A DNA stretch of 64,000 bases from Candidatus Latescibacterota bacterium (GCA_965221775.1 CBDCSU010000005.1:1056001-1120000), one strand, 5' to 3'. Counted from the first letter of the stretch, positions 36,763 to 46,200 are shown. Notes: a model not told the origin generated them from the letters alone. Program-made: numbers and translations.

Positions 36763-39743
36763 CCCTGCTCTGGCTCTGGGCGGGAGGCGCCGGCGCCGGC
36801 GAGGCCTTCGTCACCGTCGATCTGACCGACCTCTACCACGGCCGCTTCATCGGCGCCGACATGGGCGACGGCTACCGGATCGCCGAGGGGCAGCTGCCCG
36901 CGGCGGGCTCCCGCGTCGAGATCGGGGGCATCCCCTTCCACATCGGCACGCGGGAGGGCGGCGACCACCTGGACGTGGGCCTGGCCCGCTGGCCCGATGT
37001 GGAGGAGGACCCGGTGGGGTTCTACTCCCACTACCAACCCGACGGGTACGGCGATCCCGAGTGCCCGGTGGTGCGCATCCCGCGGCAGAACTACTCGGGG
37101 CTCTACCTGCTCTGCCTGGCCGACACCGATCCCGCGAAGACCCCGGTGGTCTCCTTCCGGCTGGGGCTGCACGACGGCCACGGGATCCTCTACGACAGCG
37201 GCGTCACCGTGCCCCGGTGGGACGAGCCGGACAACGAGCGGGTCCTGGCCCACCGGCCGCTGCGCCTCACCGGGGAGGGTGGAGAGAAGGACGGGCGGCT
37301 GTTCGTGGTGAAGGCGCCCCTGCGTTCGGGGGACATCCAGGACATCGCCGAGCCGGGGGACCACCTGGACTTGGAGCTGACCAAGGAACTGCACGTGGCG
37401 GTGCGCAATCCCGACCCGGCGCGGTTCCGCGTGCGCCCCCTGGGCCGCCGCAGCGCCGTGCGCGTGGTCGCCCTCACCCTGGCGGTGGCGCCGATGCAGA
37501 TGCGGGTCTCTTCGGCGGAGGTGGGGAACGTCTTCGTGGCGCAGCCGCCGGTCTTCTCCGCGGCCCTGCGGAACATCACCTCTCAGCCGCGGCGGGCCCG
37601 GGTGGAGGCGGTGGCCACCGACTACTATGGCCGCGAGACCCGCACGCGGGGGAGCCTGCTGCTGCCGCCACTGGCCGCCGACACCCTGCGCCTGGAGCTG
37701 CCCCGGGAGACGCTCGGCTGGTTCGAGGTCGTCTTCCGCCTCCTCGACGGCGAGGAGGTCTCCGTCGAGCGCCGCACCACCTTCGCCCTGCTGCCCGAGG
37801 ACCGCCGGCGGGCGACCGTCCGGGACTCGCCCTTCGGTATCTGGTGCTTCGGCAAGGGCCACCGCGGCACCACCGTCGACCAGGCCGGGCCGCTGATGTA
37901 CAAGGCGGGGATCCGGCGCACCTTCGGCTTCGGCTACGAGGCGCTGCGGGAGCACGGCCTGACGAAGGGCCAGCACTCCAGCATCGTGGGCACCCACAAG
38001 GTCGGCGAGACGGACACCGAGGCCCTGCGCCGCACCTTCGAGGCGTGGCCGGAGACGCGCCAGGCCCTGGTCTTCCACGAGAGCAACATCGGGCTGCTGA
38101 AGACGCGTCCGGGGTTCCTGACGGGGGACGGACCGGCGCCGCTGGACTCGGCGGAGACGGCGGAGCTGGAGCGGCGCTGGGAGCACGCGGTGGCGGCCAG
38201 CGAGGCGGTGCGGCGCATCGACCCGGAGATGGAGCTGGTCTTCGGCAACATGGTGCAGCCCTCCATCGAGCAGTTCCTGGCGCGCGGGTATCCGCGTGAG
38301 CTCATCGACCGCCTGGGAGAGGAGTCCCCCGGCTTCATGCGCATGCCCGAGCGCCAGCCCGAGGTGGCCGGCTTCGGCAGCCTCTGGTGGATGAAGGAGA
38401 TGGCCCGCCACTACGGGTACGGCGACGTGGGGCTGGCCGTCTCCTTCGAGTGGATGTACCACTCCACCAACCCCGGCAACCTCCACCCGCGCACCGCCGC
38501 CGCCTACAACGTCCGCGACTGCCTGCTGGCCCTGGCCTACGGCGTGCCCCACGTCAACCCGGCCCTCGCCTACGACGTGGGCAACGCCTACTACTTCTCC
38601 AACTGGGGCGCCTCCGGCCTCGCCCACCGCCCGCCCGAGCTGAACCCCAAGCCCGGGTACGTGACCTACGCCACGCTGACGGCTCAGCTCGACCGGGCCC
38701 GGTTCTCGCGCAAACTGGACACGGGCTCCACCAGCCTCTTCGCCCTCGAGTTCACCCGCCCCGAGGGCGGCCCGGTCTACGCCCTGTGGACGATCCGCGG
38801 CGAGAGGGAGGTCCGCCTGTCCGTGCGCGGCTCGGGGCCCGCCCGGGTGACGAACGGCAGCACTCCTGCGGCGGCGCCCGCGGACGGCGAGGTGACCGTC
38901 GACGACGACGATCCACCGCGTAACGTCAGCGGCCCCGCGGCGGCCCTGGTGACGGACGGCATGGGCAACAGCTTTCCGGCGGATGTCGCGGACGGCGAGG
39001 GGGTCGTCCTCGTGGATGATTCACCGCGCTACCTCAGCGGCGTCGAGGTGATCGCGGTGAAGGCCGGGGCCTCGCGCTACACCGCGGCGCCCGGACCCCG
39101 GGCCGTCCTGCTTCACGACTTGAACGACCCCGGCGCCTGGCGGGTGAGCGCCCGCCGGGATACGGCCTTCGAGAACTACACCTGGGACGTGCTCCGCCGT
39201 CCGGGGCGTCTGTCCTGGAGTTCCGTGCAGGACCCCGAGCGCGGCGCCGTGACCCGCGTGGCCCTGGACGGACCCCAAGGCGGCCCGGACGTGACCGCCT
39301 GGTACAACTACTCCGAGCTGGACGAGCCCGTCCCGCTGCCGGGAGAGCCGCGCCAGATCGGCCTGTGGGTCCACGGCAACTCCAGCTGGAGCCGCATCGT
39401 CTTCGTCCTGGAGGACGCCGAGGGCGAGGAGTGGACCCACCTGGGGGCCGCCCTCCACGGCCGCGCCGACTGGAACACCAACGACACGGAGAGCACCTCC
39501 TTCGTCAACTTCGACGGCTGGCGCTACATGGGGATCGACCTGCCGGGGGAGCATCCCGTCGACCGCTACCAGTGGCCGCGCAAGTGCAACTGGCGCGCCA
39601 CCGGCGGCGACGGCCTGGTGGACCACCCGCTGCGGCTGAAGGGGTTCTACGTGCAGCTGCGGGAGAAGCTGGTCTACATCGACGAGATGGTGCCGGCCAC
39701 GAGCCGGCACCTGCTGCTCGACGACCTGATGTGCTCCTACTGA
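36729..39743 (+). CDS. Large secreted protein, possibly glycoside-hydrolase-like; reading frame open from 36405 through the repeats
   Basis: Signal peptide after the last repeat ATG; SPFG, ELNPKPGYVTYA and VNFDGWRY resemble GH/CBM modular proteins. Confidence 0.7.
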   Translation: MRKAGIERRAAALLWLWAGGAGAGEAFVTVDLTDLYHGRFIGADMGDGYRIAEGQLPAAGSRVEIGGIPFHIGTREGGDHLDVGLARWPDVEEDPVGFYSHYQPDGYGDPECPVVRIPRQNYSGLYLLCLADTDPAKTPVVSFRLGLHDGHGILYDSGVTVPRWDEPDNERVLAHRPLRLTGEGGEKDGRLFVVKAPLRSGDIQDIAEPGDHLDLELTKELHVAVRNPDPARFRVRPLGRRSAVRVVALTLAVAPMQMRVSSAEVGNVFVAQPPVFSAALRNITSQPRRARVEAVATDYYGRETRTRGSLLLPPLAADTLRLELPRETLGWFEVVFRLLDGEEVSVERRTTFALLPEDRRRATVRDSPFGIWCFGKGHRGTTVDQAGPLMYKAGIRRTFGFGYEALREHGLTKGQHSSIVGTHKVGETDTEALRRTFEAWPETRQALVFHESNIGLLKTRPGFLTGDGPAPLDSAETAELERRWEHAVAASEAVRRIDPEMELVFGNMVQPSIEQFLARGYPRELIDRLGEESPGFMRMPERQPEVAGFGSLWWMKEMARHYGYGDVGLAVSFEWMYHSTNPGNLHPRTAAAYNVRDCLLALAYGVPHVNPALAYDVGNAYYFSNWGASGLAHRPPELNPKPGYVTYATLTAQLDRARFSRKLDTGSTSLFALEFTRPEGGPVYALWTIRGEREVRLSVRGSGPARVTNGSTPAAAPADGEVTVDDDDPPRNVSGPAAALVTDGMGNSFPADVADGEGVVLVDDSPRYLSGVEVIAVKAGASRYTAAPGPRAVLLHDLNDPGAWRVSARRDTAFENYTWDVLRRPGRLSWSSVQDPERGAVTRVALDGPQGGPDVTAWYNYSELDEPVPLPGEPRQIGLWVHGNSSWSRIVFVLEDAEGEEWTHLGAALHGRADWNTNDTESTSFVNFDGWRYMGIDLPGEHPVDRYQWPRKCNWRATGGDGLVDHPLRLKGFYVQLREKLVYIDEMVPATSRHLLLDDLMCSY

Positions 39744-39828
39744 TCTGCGAGCCGGGTCCGCCCGACGGGGGCAACAGCGCCCCTGCGCGGCCGATCCGCC
39801 CGGCGCCTCGCAAGCGTCGGGGGCGTCG

Positions 39829-41067
39829 CTACTTCCCGTGGAAGCGGGAGTCGGTGAAGTTGAAGACCGCGGCTCCCGGCGCCTCGACCTCCAGGATCTC
39901 GGTGCCGGTCCAGCCGCTGTACTGCTTGCCCGGCAGGATTCCCAGCAGGGCGACCACCACCGACCGGGCCGGCATGTCCGCCTCGCCGCTGGCCCAGACC
40001 TCGCCCCCCTCGCCCGGAGTCCGCAGCCGCGCCTTGACGCCCCGGGCGTCCTGCTGACCGAGGTTCATCATCAGCAGGCGCACCGTCGGCGGATCCCGCA
40101 TGGTGCCCCAGTCGCCGCCGTCGTGGCCGGAGTGGAAGTACGGGAGGGCGAACTCCGACGAGCAGAACACCGCCGGCCCCTCGTAGCGCCGGGTGAACGC
40201 CTTCCCCAGCTCCAGCAGCTCGGGCGTAAGCCCGCTGCCGTCGGTGGGCGTCTCCAGGAAGCGGCCGCAGATCCCGTCGAGCTGCTCGTCGGTGAGCGGA
40301 CAGTTGTTCTCCTTCAGCTTCCACCTGCCGAAGAACCCCACGCCGGGCGACTCGGGGGCGACGAAGCGGATCAGGCGGACCTGTTGGTCCAGCTCCTCCG
40401 CCGTCTGGGTCCAGCGCCAGTCGCCCTTGTCCGCGGCCTCCTTGCCCAACCCCAGGGCCACCACGGATCTGTCGAGGAGGCCGACGAGACGCGCGGCCTG
40501 AAGCTGAAAGGGGATCATCCACGCGTCGTTGAGGTCGAAGTAGGTCTCCAGCAGGACGAGGTCGACCGTCTGCCGGTAGACCGCCGCCAGTTCCGGCGCC
40601 ACCGGGCCCCGCATCTGCCAGACCGTGATCCCCAGCTCCGGCCTCTTCTCGTGCACGGCCGTGAGGATGGCGGCCGTGTGCCGGTCGATGCCGCCGTCGT
40701 AGTCCCAGCCGAACTCGTCGATGTTGATCACGGGGTTGGGATTGTCCCCGAAGTCCATGTTCGCCAGGACGTCGGAGGCTTCGTCGACGGGCTTGCCAAG
40801 GAAGTTGTAGTGGACCACGCCCTCCGAGACGATCCCGCCCCTGGCCTCCCAGTGCCTCCAGTCGCCGCCCCGGGTGAAGGTCTGCGAGGCGAGTTCCGGG
40901 TAGGCCCCGTAGAAGGCGATCACCTTCTCCAGGCCCATGACCTTCCCGGGGCTGGGGCTGGTGCCGGTCGAGGCGCTCTCGGCGGACACGGTCTCAGCTC
41001 CCTGCAGCGTCAGGATCGACAGACAGATGCACCGCCACAGGGATGGCGGGCGCCGGCTCTTCTTCAT
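39829..41067 (-). CDS. Hypothetical exported protein
   Basis: Long ORF with host-like codon usage and a signal-like N-terminus; no recognised motif. Confidence 0.7.
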   Translation of the reverse strand: MKKSRRPPSLWRCICLSILTLQGAETVSAESASTGTSPSPGKVMGLEKVIAFYGAYPELASQTFTRGGDWRHWEARGGIVSEGVVHYNFLGKPVDEASDVLANMDFGDNPNPVINIDEFGWDYDGGIDRHTAAILTAVHEKRPELGITVWQMRGPVAPELAAVYRQTVDLVLLETYFDLNDAWMIPFQLQAARLVGLLDRSVVALGLGKEAADKGDWRWTQTAEELDQQVRLIRFVAPESPGVGFFGRWKLKENNCPLTDEQLDGICGRFLETPTDGSGLTPELLELGKAFTRRYEGPAVFCSSEFALPYFHSGHDGGDWGTMRDPPTVRLLMMNLGQQDARGVKARLRTPGEGGEVWASGEADMPARSVVVALLGILPGKQYSGWTGTEILEVEAPGAAVFNFTDSRFHGK

Positions 41068-41084
41068 GGGGCGCCTCCCAAAAG

Positions 41085-41380
41085 GGATGGGGGACCGAGC
41101 GAGGTCCGAGACAAGCGGCCTGCCCACCTCGGGAGGGGCGGGCACCGCATGGGCTGATGGGGAACCGGTGCGAGGTCCGAGACAAGAGGCCGTGCGAACC
41201 TCGGGCCGAGATACCGCTTGGGCCGGGGCACCGGAACGAGAGCCGCGGCAAAGCGGTCGTGCCGACCCCGGGATGGCAGATACCGTACTGGGCTGATGCG
41301 GAGGGACGGAACGCGGGGTTCGGGAAACTGTCGTACCGCGCCCGGGGATGGGGTGGGTACCGTATGGGCTGATCGTGGGA
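41085..41380. repeat. Degenerate ~70-bp tandem repeat, about 4 units
   Basis: ACCG..TGGGC(TGAT) near 41143, 41212, 41282 and 41359; CGAGGTCCGAGACAAG at 41100 and 41171. Confidence 0.65.
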
Positions 41381-41479
41381 GGTGCGGCGAGAGAGCTGTG
41401 CCGGCCAAAGCGGTGAGTCGACCGCCATGGCGTCGGGCGAAGCGCCGGAGCCCGGGCGGGCGCCGGCGGCCGGACGGCC

Positions 41480-41641
41480 TTACCGCTCCTCGCGGTAGAC
41501 GACGTGCTTGCGCACCGTGGGATCGTACTTCTTGATCTCCAGGCGGCCCTGCTGGTTGCGGCGGTTCTTGGAGGTGTAGTAGCGGTGGTCGCTCTCGGTG
41601 CTCTTCAAGGCGATCTGATTGCGGGGGCCGCTCTTGGCCAT
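41480..41641 (-). CDS. rpmG: 50S ribosomal protein L33 (Cys-free type)
   Basis: [42 protein letters not shown]. Confidence 0.96.
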   Translation of the reverse strand: MAKSGPRNQIALKSTESDHRYYTSKNRRNQQGRLEIKKYDPTVRKHVVYREER

Positions 41642-41733
41642 GGCATTGCTTCCGGTGGGAGGTTTGCTGTCCTGAGCCGACAGAAGATACACGGATGGCC
41701 CGAATCCCGCTATATCCTCGGCGGCGGCGGCCC

Positions 41734-42621
41734 GTGAGCGGCCTGGCGCGCGGCGGCGCCCTGCACGCCCTGGCGGCGGTGCTCCTGTGGTCGACGGTGG
41801 CCTCCGCCTTCAAGCTCTCCCTGCGCGAGCTGTCGCCGCCGCAGCTCGTCTTCGCCAGCAGCCTCGTGTCGGCCGCCTTCCTCGGGACCGTCCTCGCCCT
41901 GCAGGGCCGCCTGCCGGAGCTGCTCACCCTGCCCCGCCGCCAGTGGCTGCGTTCCGCCGGCCTCGGGCTGCTCAACCCCTGCCTCTACTACCTGGTCCTG
42001 CTGGAAGCCTACCACCGGCTGCCGGCGCAGCAGGCCCAGGCCCTCAACTACACCTGGGCCCTGGTCCTCGCCTACCTGTCGGCCCTGCTGCTGCGCCAGC
42101 GGCTGCTGCGCACCGACGTGCTCGCCGGCTTCATCTGCTACGGCGGCGCCCTCGTCGTCGCCACCCGCGGTCACCTCCTCGAGCTGCGCTTCGACGACGG
42201 CCTCGGCGTCGCCCTCGCCTTGGGCAGCACCCTGATCTGGGGCCTCTACTGGGTCGGGATCACCCGCGATCCGGTGGATGCGGCGACGCGGCTGTTCCTC
42301 AACTTCCTCCTCGGACTGCCCTGGGCGGCCCTGGTCTGCGGCCTGCGCGCCGACTTCGCCTTCGGCTGGAAGGGCTGGGCCGGCGCCGCCTACGTGGGCT
42401 TCTTCGAGATGGGCCTCACCTTCCTCCTCTGGCTCGCCGCCCTGCGCCGCGCCGGCAACGCCTCCCGCGTGGCCAACCTGATTTTCCTCTCCCCCTTCCT
42501 CTCCCTGGTCTTCCTGCACCACCTCGTGGGGGAGAGGATCGAGACGGCCACGCTGGTGGGTCTCGCCGTCATCGTCGCGGGTCTGCTGATCCAGCGGCGG
42601 GGGGCGGCGCGGGGGCGGTGA
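41734..42621 (+). CDS. DMT/EamA family transporter
   Basis: About 10 transmembrane segments; [35 protein letters not shown]. Confidence 0.92.
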   Translation: MSGLARGGALHALAAVLLWSTVASAFKLSLRELSPPQLVFASSLVSAAFLGTVLALQGRLPELLTLPRRQWLRSAGLGLLNPCLYYLVLLEAYHRLPAQQAQALNYTWALVLAYLSALLLRQRLLRTDVLAGFICYGGALVVATRGHLLELRFDDGLGVALALGSTLIWGLYWVGITRDPVDAATRLFLNFLLGLPWAALVCGLRADFAFGWKGWAGAAYVGFFEMGLTFLLWLAALRRAGNASRVANLIFLSPFLSLVFLHHLVGERIETATLVGLAVIVAGLLIQRRGAARGR

Positions 42622-42864
42622 GGCCCGCCGGCGGGGGCGGCAAGGGCGGACGCTTCGCGGATGCTGGCTGAGGGCCCTTGCCTTTTTGGCAGTGACACGT
42701 AGGTTATTCGCCTGAACCTCGTGCTCTGATGCCTTGTGCATCTCTTCCGATTCCGAGCCGCCTTCTGGCCGGAAATCCTACGGGTTCACCATCTGACGCA
42801 GGCGCTTGGCGCCTGAATCAGTTGGTTCACACAGGATGCAGTTTCGCCAAGTAGAGAAAGAGGA

Positions 42865-44580
42865 ATGGGCAAAGCTGAAGAGGGCCGCTCCGGCCTTGTT
42901 GATTTTCCAAACGATCCAAGAGAGTTAGAGACACGCCAGATCCAGGAGTGCCTGCGCGATGCGGGCTTCTCCTCGGAGGACCAGGACTGGCTGCTGCGCG
43001 TCCTTGCACGCCCGGACTGCTTTGGGAGTACTGCACGCGACGCCGCATTCAAAGAGGGCTTCGTGGATACCTTCGAGGGCGTCCTGCGGCAGATTCTGGA
43101 TGGGACGAAGCCAGAGGACCGTCAGACCCGCCTGGCCATCCTGTTCGGCTTCATGCTCAACTGTGGTCCGGTCTACTACAGGGAGGAGCTTCGCCCCTCT
43201 GTCGAAGGATCCTGGGCAACCGAATTCCGGAGGCAGGCAGGGTTCTGTGCGCGAAGTCTGGACTGGCATACCCTCGACGCAATGAAGGACTCCTCGTCCT
43301 TCCTGTTCGCCAAGCTGATTCCACATCTCTTCCCTGATGGTCTGCCGTTGACAGAGGTCGTCAACCTCGATGCCCTCGATCCCGTCAAGCGAACGGAGTG
43401 GTCCAGCAGTGACTTCAGGGACCCTGGAGCTCTCGAATTCTGGCTGATCTGGCGCTTTCGCAATGATGAGGAGCATCGCGGCACGGTCAACCTGCGCACA
43501 CTGCTGCCGGCCTTTGTCGATCTTCCGCCAGAGGTCCTGGGGGAAAAGCTGCTAGGTCTCCTGAACGCCATCGACTATGCGCTGAACATTGCGAATGCCA
43601 GGAGTACCGCTGGACTGGATCCCATGAATCGAGGATGGCGACTGGTTGCCCGCGAGTTGACTCCCTTCCTGGAGCTCTTGCATGAGAAACAGCCCCACTC
43701 GCACCGGGAACCGTCGATCCTGCTCAAGGCATGGTGGGCGCTGGCCGTAAAGGTTCACGGCCGTAGCATGGGGGGGCTGGAAGAGGAGCTTTCCCCCGAA
43801 CGGAGAGACCAACTCGTTGAGAGTGCAGCCAAGCAATTCGGCCTTCTGCGCAAGGTATTGCGGGAATCGCCCGAACATTTCGCGGGCCAGGATTGCACCG
43901 GCCAGGTCTCCGACTTCTACCACGAGGCATTCCGCGTGCTGCGCATCTTCGCCCCCCCGTGGAAGCGGCTGAAGCCCCTGCTGCTGGTCTTCACCGGAAT
44001 GAAGATCCCCGCAGTTGCCCCAGACCTGCGCCCTTGGTCCGAATCGGGCAGAGAGCCCCCGCCGCATTCATATAGTCGGATACCTCTGTGGATCGCAATC
44101 AGCATGTATCCCCAGTATCTCCAAGATGAACTCAAGAGGGACCCCTACCTGCACGGCCTGCGCGAAGAGTTCGCCGCATTCTGTCTCGGGCGTCTCAAGA
44201 CAGACGCCGAGGCCAAGTTCGTCGAGCCTCGACCCTACTGGCGTCAGTCCTACGTACGGGCCTTGGCGGCCTTGCGCGTCAACCCCGGAGGCCGGGCGCA
44301 CCGGACCGTATTCTGGCTGCTCAACAACGATCCGGACGAGACGGTCCGCGCCTATGCCAAGAAGGCGCACAAGAGAATCCGGCACCTGGACCGCAAGAAA
44401 CCCAACCTGGATGACGGTGCCTCGCCTCGCCGCCCCCTCTTTGAGGCATTCTGGTGGCTCCGTCAGGCCCACCTCCTAACCCTCGGGATAGAGATTGATG
44501 CCGCAGGCGCCATGCGGACGCGCCGCAAGGAACTGCAGCGTACCCGGGAGAAGGATGACCGCCCCCGCTGGGAAGGGTAG
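42865..44580 (+). CDS. Hypothetical 571-aa protein, predicted mostly helical
   Basis: Long ORF with RBS AGAGGA; HEAT-like segment LLNNDPDETVRAYAKKA; no recognised family. Confidence 0.85.
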   Translation: MGKAEEGRSGLVDFPNDPRELETRQIQECLRDAGFSSEDQDWLLRVLARPDCFGSTARDAAFKEGFVDTFEGVLRQILDGTKPEDRQTRLAILFGFMLNCGPVYYREELRPSVEGSWATEFRRQAGFCARSLDWHTLDAMKDSSSFLFAKLIPHLFPDGLPLTEVVNLDALDPVKRTEWSSSDFRDPGALEFWLIWRFRNDEEHRGTVNLRTLLPAFVDLPPEVLGEKLLGLLNAIDYALNIANARSTAGLDPMNRGWRLVARELTPFLELLHEKQPHSHREPSILLKAWWALAVKVHGRSMGGLEEELSPERRDQLVESAAKQFGLLRKVLRESPEHFAGQDCTGQVSDFYHEAFRVLRIFAPPWKRLKPLLLVFTGMKIPAVAPDLRPWSESGREPPPHSYSRIPLWIAISMYPQYLQDELKRDPYLHGLREEFAAFCLGRLKTDAEAKFVEPRPYWRQSYVRALAALRVNPGGRAHRTVFWLLNNDPDETVRAYAKKAHKRIRHLDRKKPNLDDGASPRRPLFEAFWWLRQAHLLTLGIEIDAAGAMRTRRKELQRTREKDDRPRWEG

Positions 44581-44726
44581 ACCGGGCAGAGCCCATCGCA
44601 TCACAGGCCAGGAACTCTTGCCTTACTCAGGTGTCACCCATAGCGGAATCAACTCGTCGGTCCTCAATTGGGAAGAATGGTGTCCCCATGAGCCGACAAA
44701 TCCCAATAGGAAAGGAGGTGATAAGG

Positions 44727-44891
44727 ATGGCCAACTCTGGTAGCGAACGCAGTCAAGCTGATCTTGACAATCGCGCCAATCAGCTGAATTCCAATAACGA
44801 TGCTTATTGGCAGTCGCGAGAGCACGAGCAGAGACCCGATGATTGGGAATCTCGCGAGACTCAGGACTCGGCAGAGTCCGACAGTGGTTGA
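44727..44891 (+). CDS. 54-aa acidic Asn-rich microprotein
   Basis: Near-perfect SD AAGGAGGTG; DLDNRANQLNSNNDAYWQSREHEQRPDDW. Confidence 0.75.
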   Translation: MANSGSERSQADLDNRANQLNSNNDAYWQSREHEQRPDDWESRETQDSAESDSG

Positions 44892-45057
44892 TCGATGATC
44901 TCTTGAGTTGATCAGCCCGCACTCTCGATGCGCCCACACTTAGCGCCTTGATAGCCGCACTCCTGATCTCTCTGAGATCGTGTAGGGCGCGTCCTTTCAG
45001 ACCACTGGGCGACGGCAATCTCGTCCCCACACAGGTCCTCTGCGAAAGGAGACCGCA

Positions 45058-45927
45058 ATGCACCGCCACGTAATTCTGAACGCGCCAACAGTCAACTTTC
45101 ACCTGCTGGCATCCTGCAACATGAGTTGCGGGTTTTGTTTCGCCACATTTCAGGACATCCCCGGCCTATCCTGGTCGAACCGGGAGGATGACGCGTTTGC
45201 CATTGTGGACGCGTTGTGCATGGCCGGCTTCCGCAAGATCAACTTCGCCGGTGGCGAGCCAACTCTTCTGCCTTGGCTGCACGAGCTGATCCAGCGGACC
45301 CACTCACACGGCGTTACTACCTCCATCGTGACCAACGGCTCTCGAATCTCCGGGGACTGGCTCGACAGCCTGGACGGCAGTCTCGACATCGCTGCGCTGA
45401 GCATCGATAGCGTGGCTGTAGAGACGCAGCGCAAGATCGGCCGGGTCGAGAAAGGCAGAGGCAAGGAGCCCTTGAGCGAGGCTCACTACCTGGCTCTGGG
45501 TGAGATGATCCGGGCGCACGGCATCCGCCTGAAGGTGAACACGGTTGTCAACAGGTACAACTGTGCCGAGGACCTTCGCCCGTTCATCCTGGCGATTCGG
45601 CCGGAGCGTTGGAAGATGTTCCAGGCCCTTCCGGTAGAGGGTCAGAACGACGGCCGCATCGCCGAAATGACGGTGACCGACGACGAGTTCCGATGGTACG
45701 TAGAGCGCAATCGCACCGTCGAAGACTGCGGAATCGCGGTCGTGCCGGAGAGCAACGAACTGATGACGGGCAGCTACGTCATGGTCGATCCGCGCGGCCG
45801 CTTCTTCGACAACACCCAGGGGCGGCATACCTACAGCAGGCCGCTCCTGGAAGTAGGCGTCGCCCAGGCACTGAACGATGTGGTGGTACATGTCGGCGGG
45901 TTTCAGGAGAGGGGCGGGCTCTACTAG
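45058..45927 (+). CDS. Prokaryotic viperin (pVip), radical SAM antiviral ddhNTP synthase
   Basis: VNFHLLASCNMSCGFCF (CxxxCxxC), KINFAGGEP, SIVTNGS, LSIDS, KVNTVV, RWKMFQAL.VEGQND, ESNELMTGSYVMVDP.GRFFDN, C-terminal ERGGLY. Confidence 0.95.
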   Translation: MHRHVILNAPTVNFHLLASCNMSCGFCFATFQDIPGLSWSNREDDAFAIVDALCMAGFRKINFAGGEPTLLPWLHELIQRTHSHGVTTSIVTNGSRISGDWLDSLDGSLDIAALSIDSVAVETQRKIGRVEKGRGKEPLSEAHYLALGEMIRAHGIRLKVNTVVNRYNCAEDLRPFILAIRPERWKMFQALPVEGQNDGRIAEMTVTDDEFRWYVERNRTVEDCGIAVVPESNELMTGSYVMVDPRGRFFDNTQGRHTYSRPLLEVGVAQALNDVVVHVGGFQERGGLY

Positions 45928-46181
45928 TGACGGCCCCTCTGTTCCCCCTTTCGTACGATCGAGCGACGGGCGGGTGAGTGAGTAGCAAGAGACGTTCCGG
46001 CGGTCATCGTCGGGGCGTCTCTTGCGCCCGCGCTGCCCGCCGGGCACGTCTGGAACGCCCAATGAACCTCGTTGGCCACATGTCGGCCGGTCTTGCCGTC
46101 ATCGTCTCGGGACTGCTGATCCAGCGGTGGGGTGACCGCATCGGAGGCTCAGGGGCTTGTTCCAGCTTTACAGAGCCCTGG

Positions 46182-46200
46182 TGGTATCATACTGATACCA
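46182..46200. promoter_or_regulatory. Inverted-repeat operator upstream of the RHH antitoxin
   Basis: TGGTATCA-tac-TGATACCA, ending 2 nt before the ATG. Confidence 0.65.

Larger units (their letters stand above)
42559..46132. mobile_element. Viperin defence islet bounded by 44-bp imperfect direct repeats; no integrase
   Basis: 42559-42602 and 46089-46132 are 40/44 identical; the interior is visibly AT-richer. Confidence 0.75.

Noticed and set aside
45058-45927. MoaA or other housekeeping radical SAM enzyme
   Set aside because: It lacks the second C-terminal Cys cluster of MoaA and carries the viperin-specific motifs.
42603-46088. Prophage or IS element
   Set aside because: No integrase, transposase, terminal inverted repeats or phage genes were seen.
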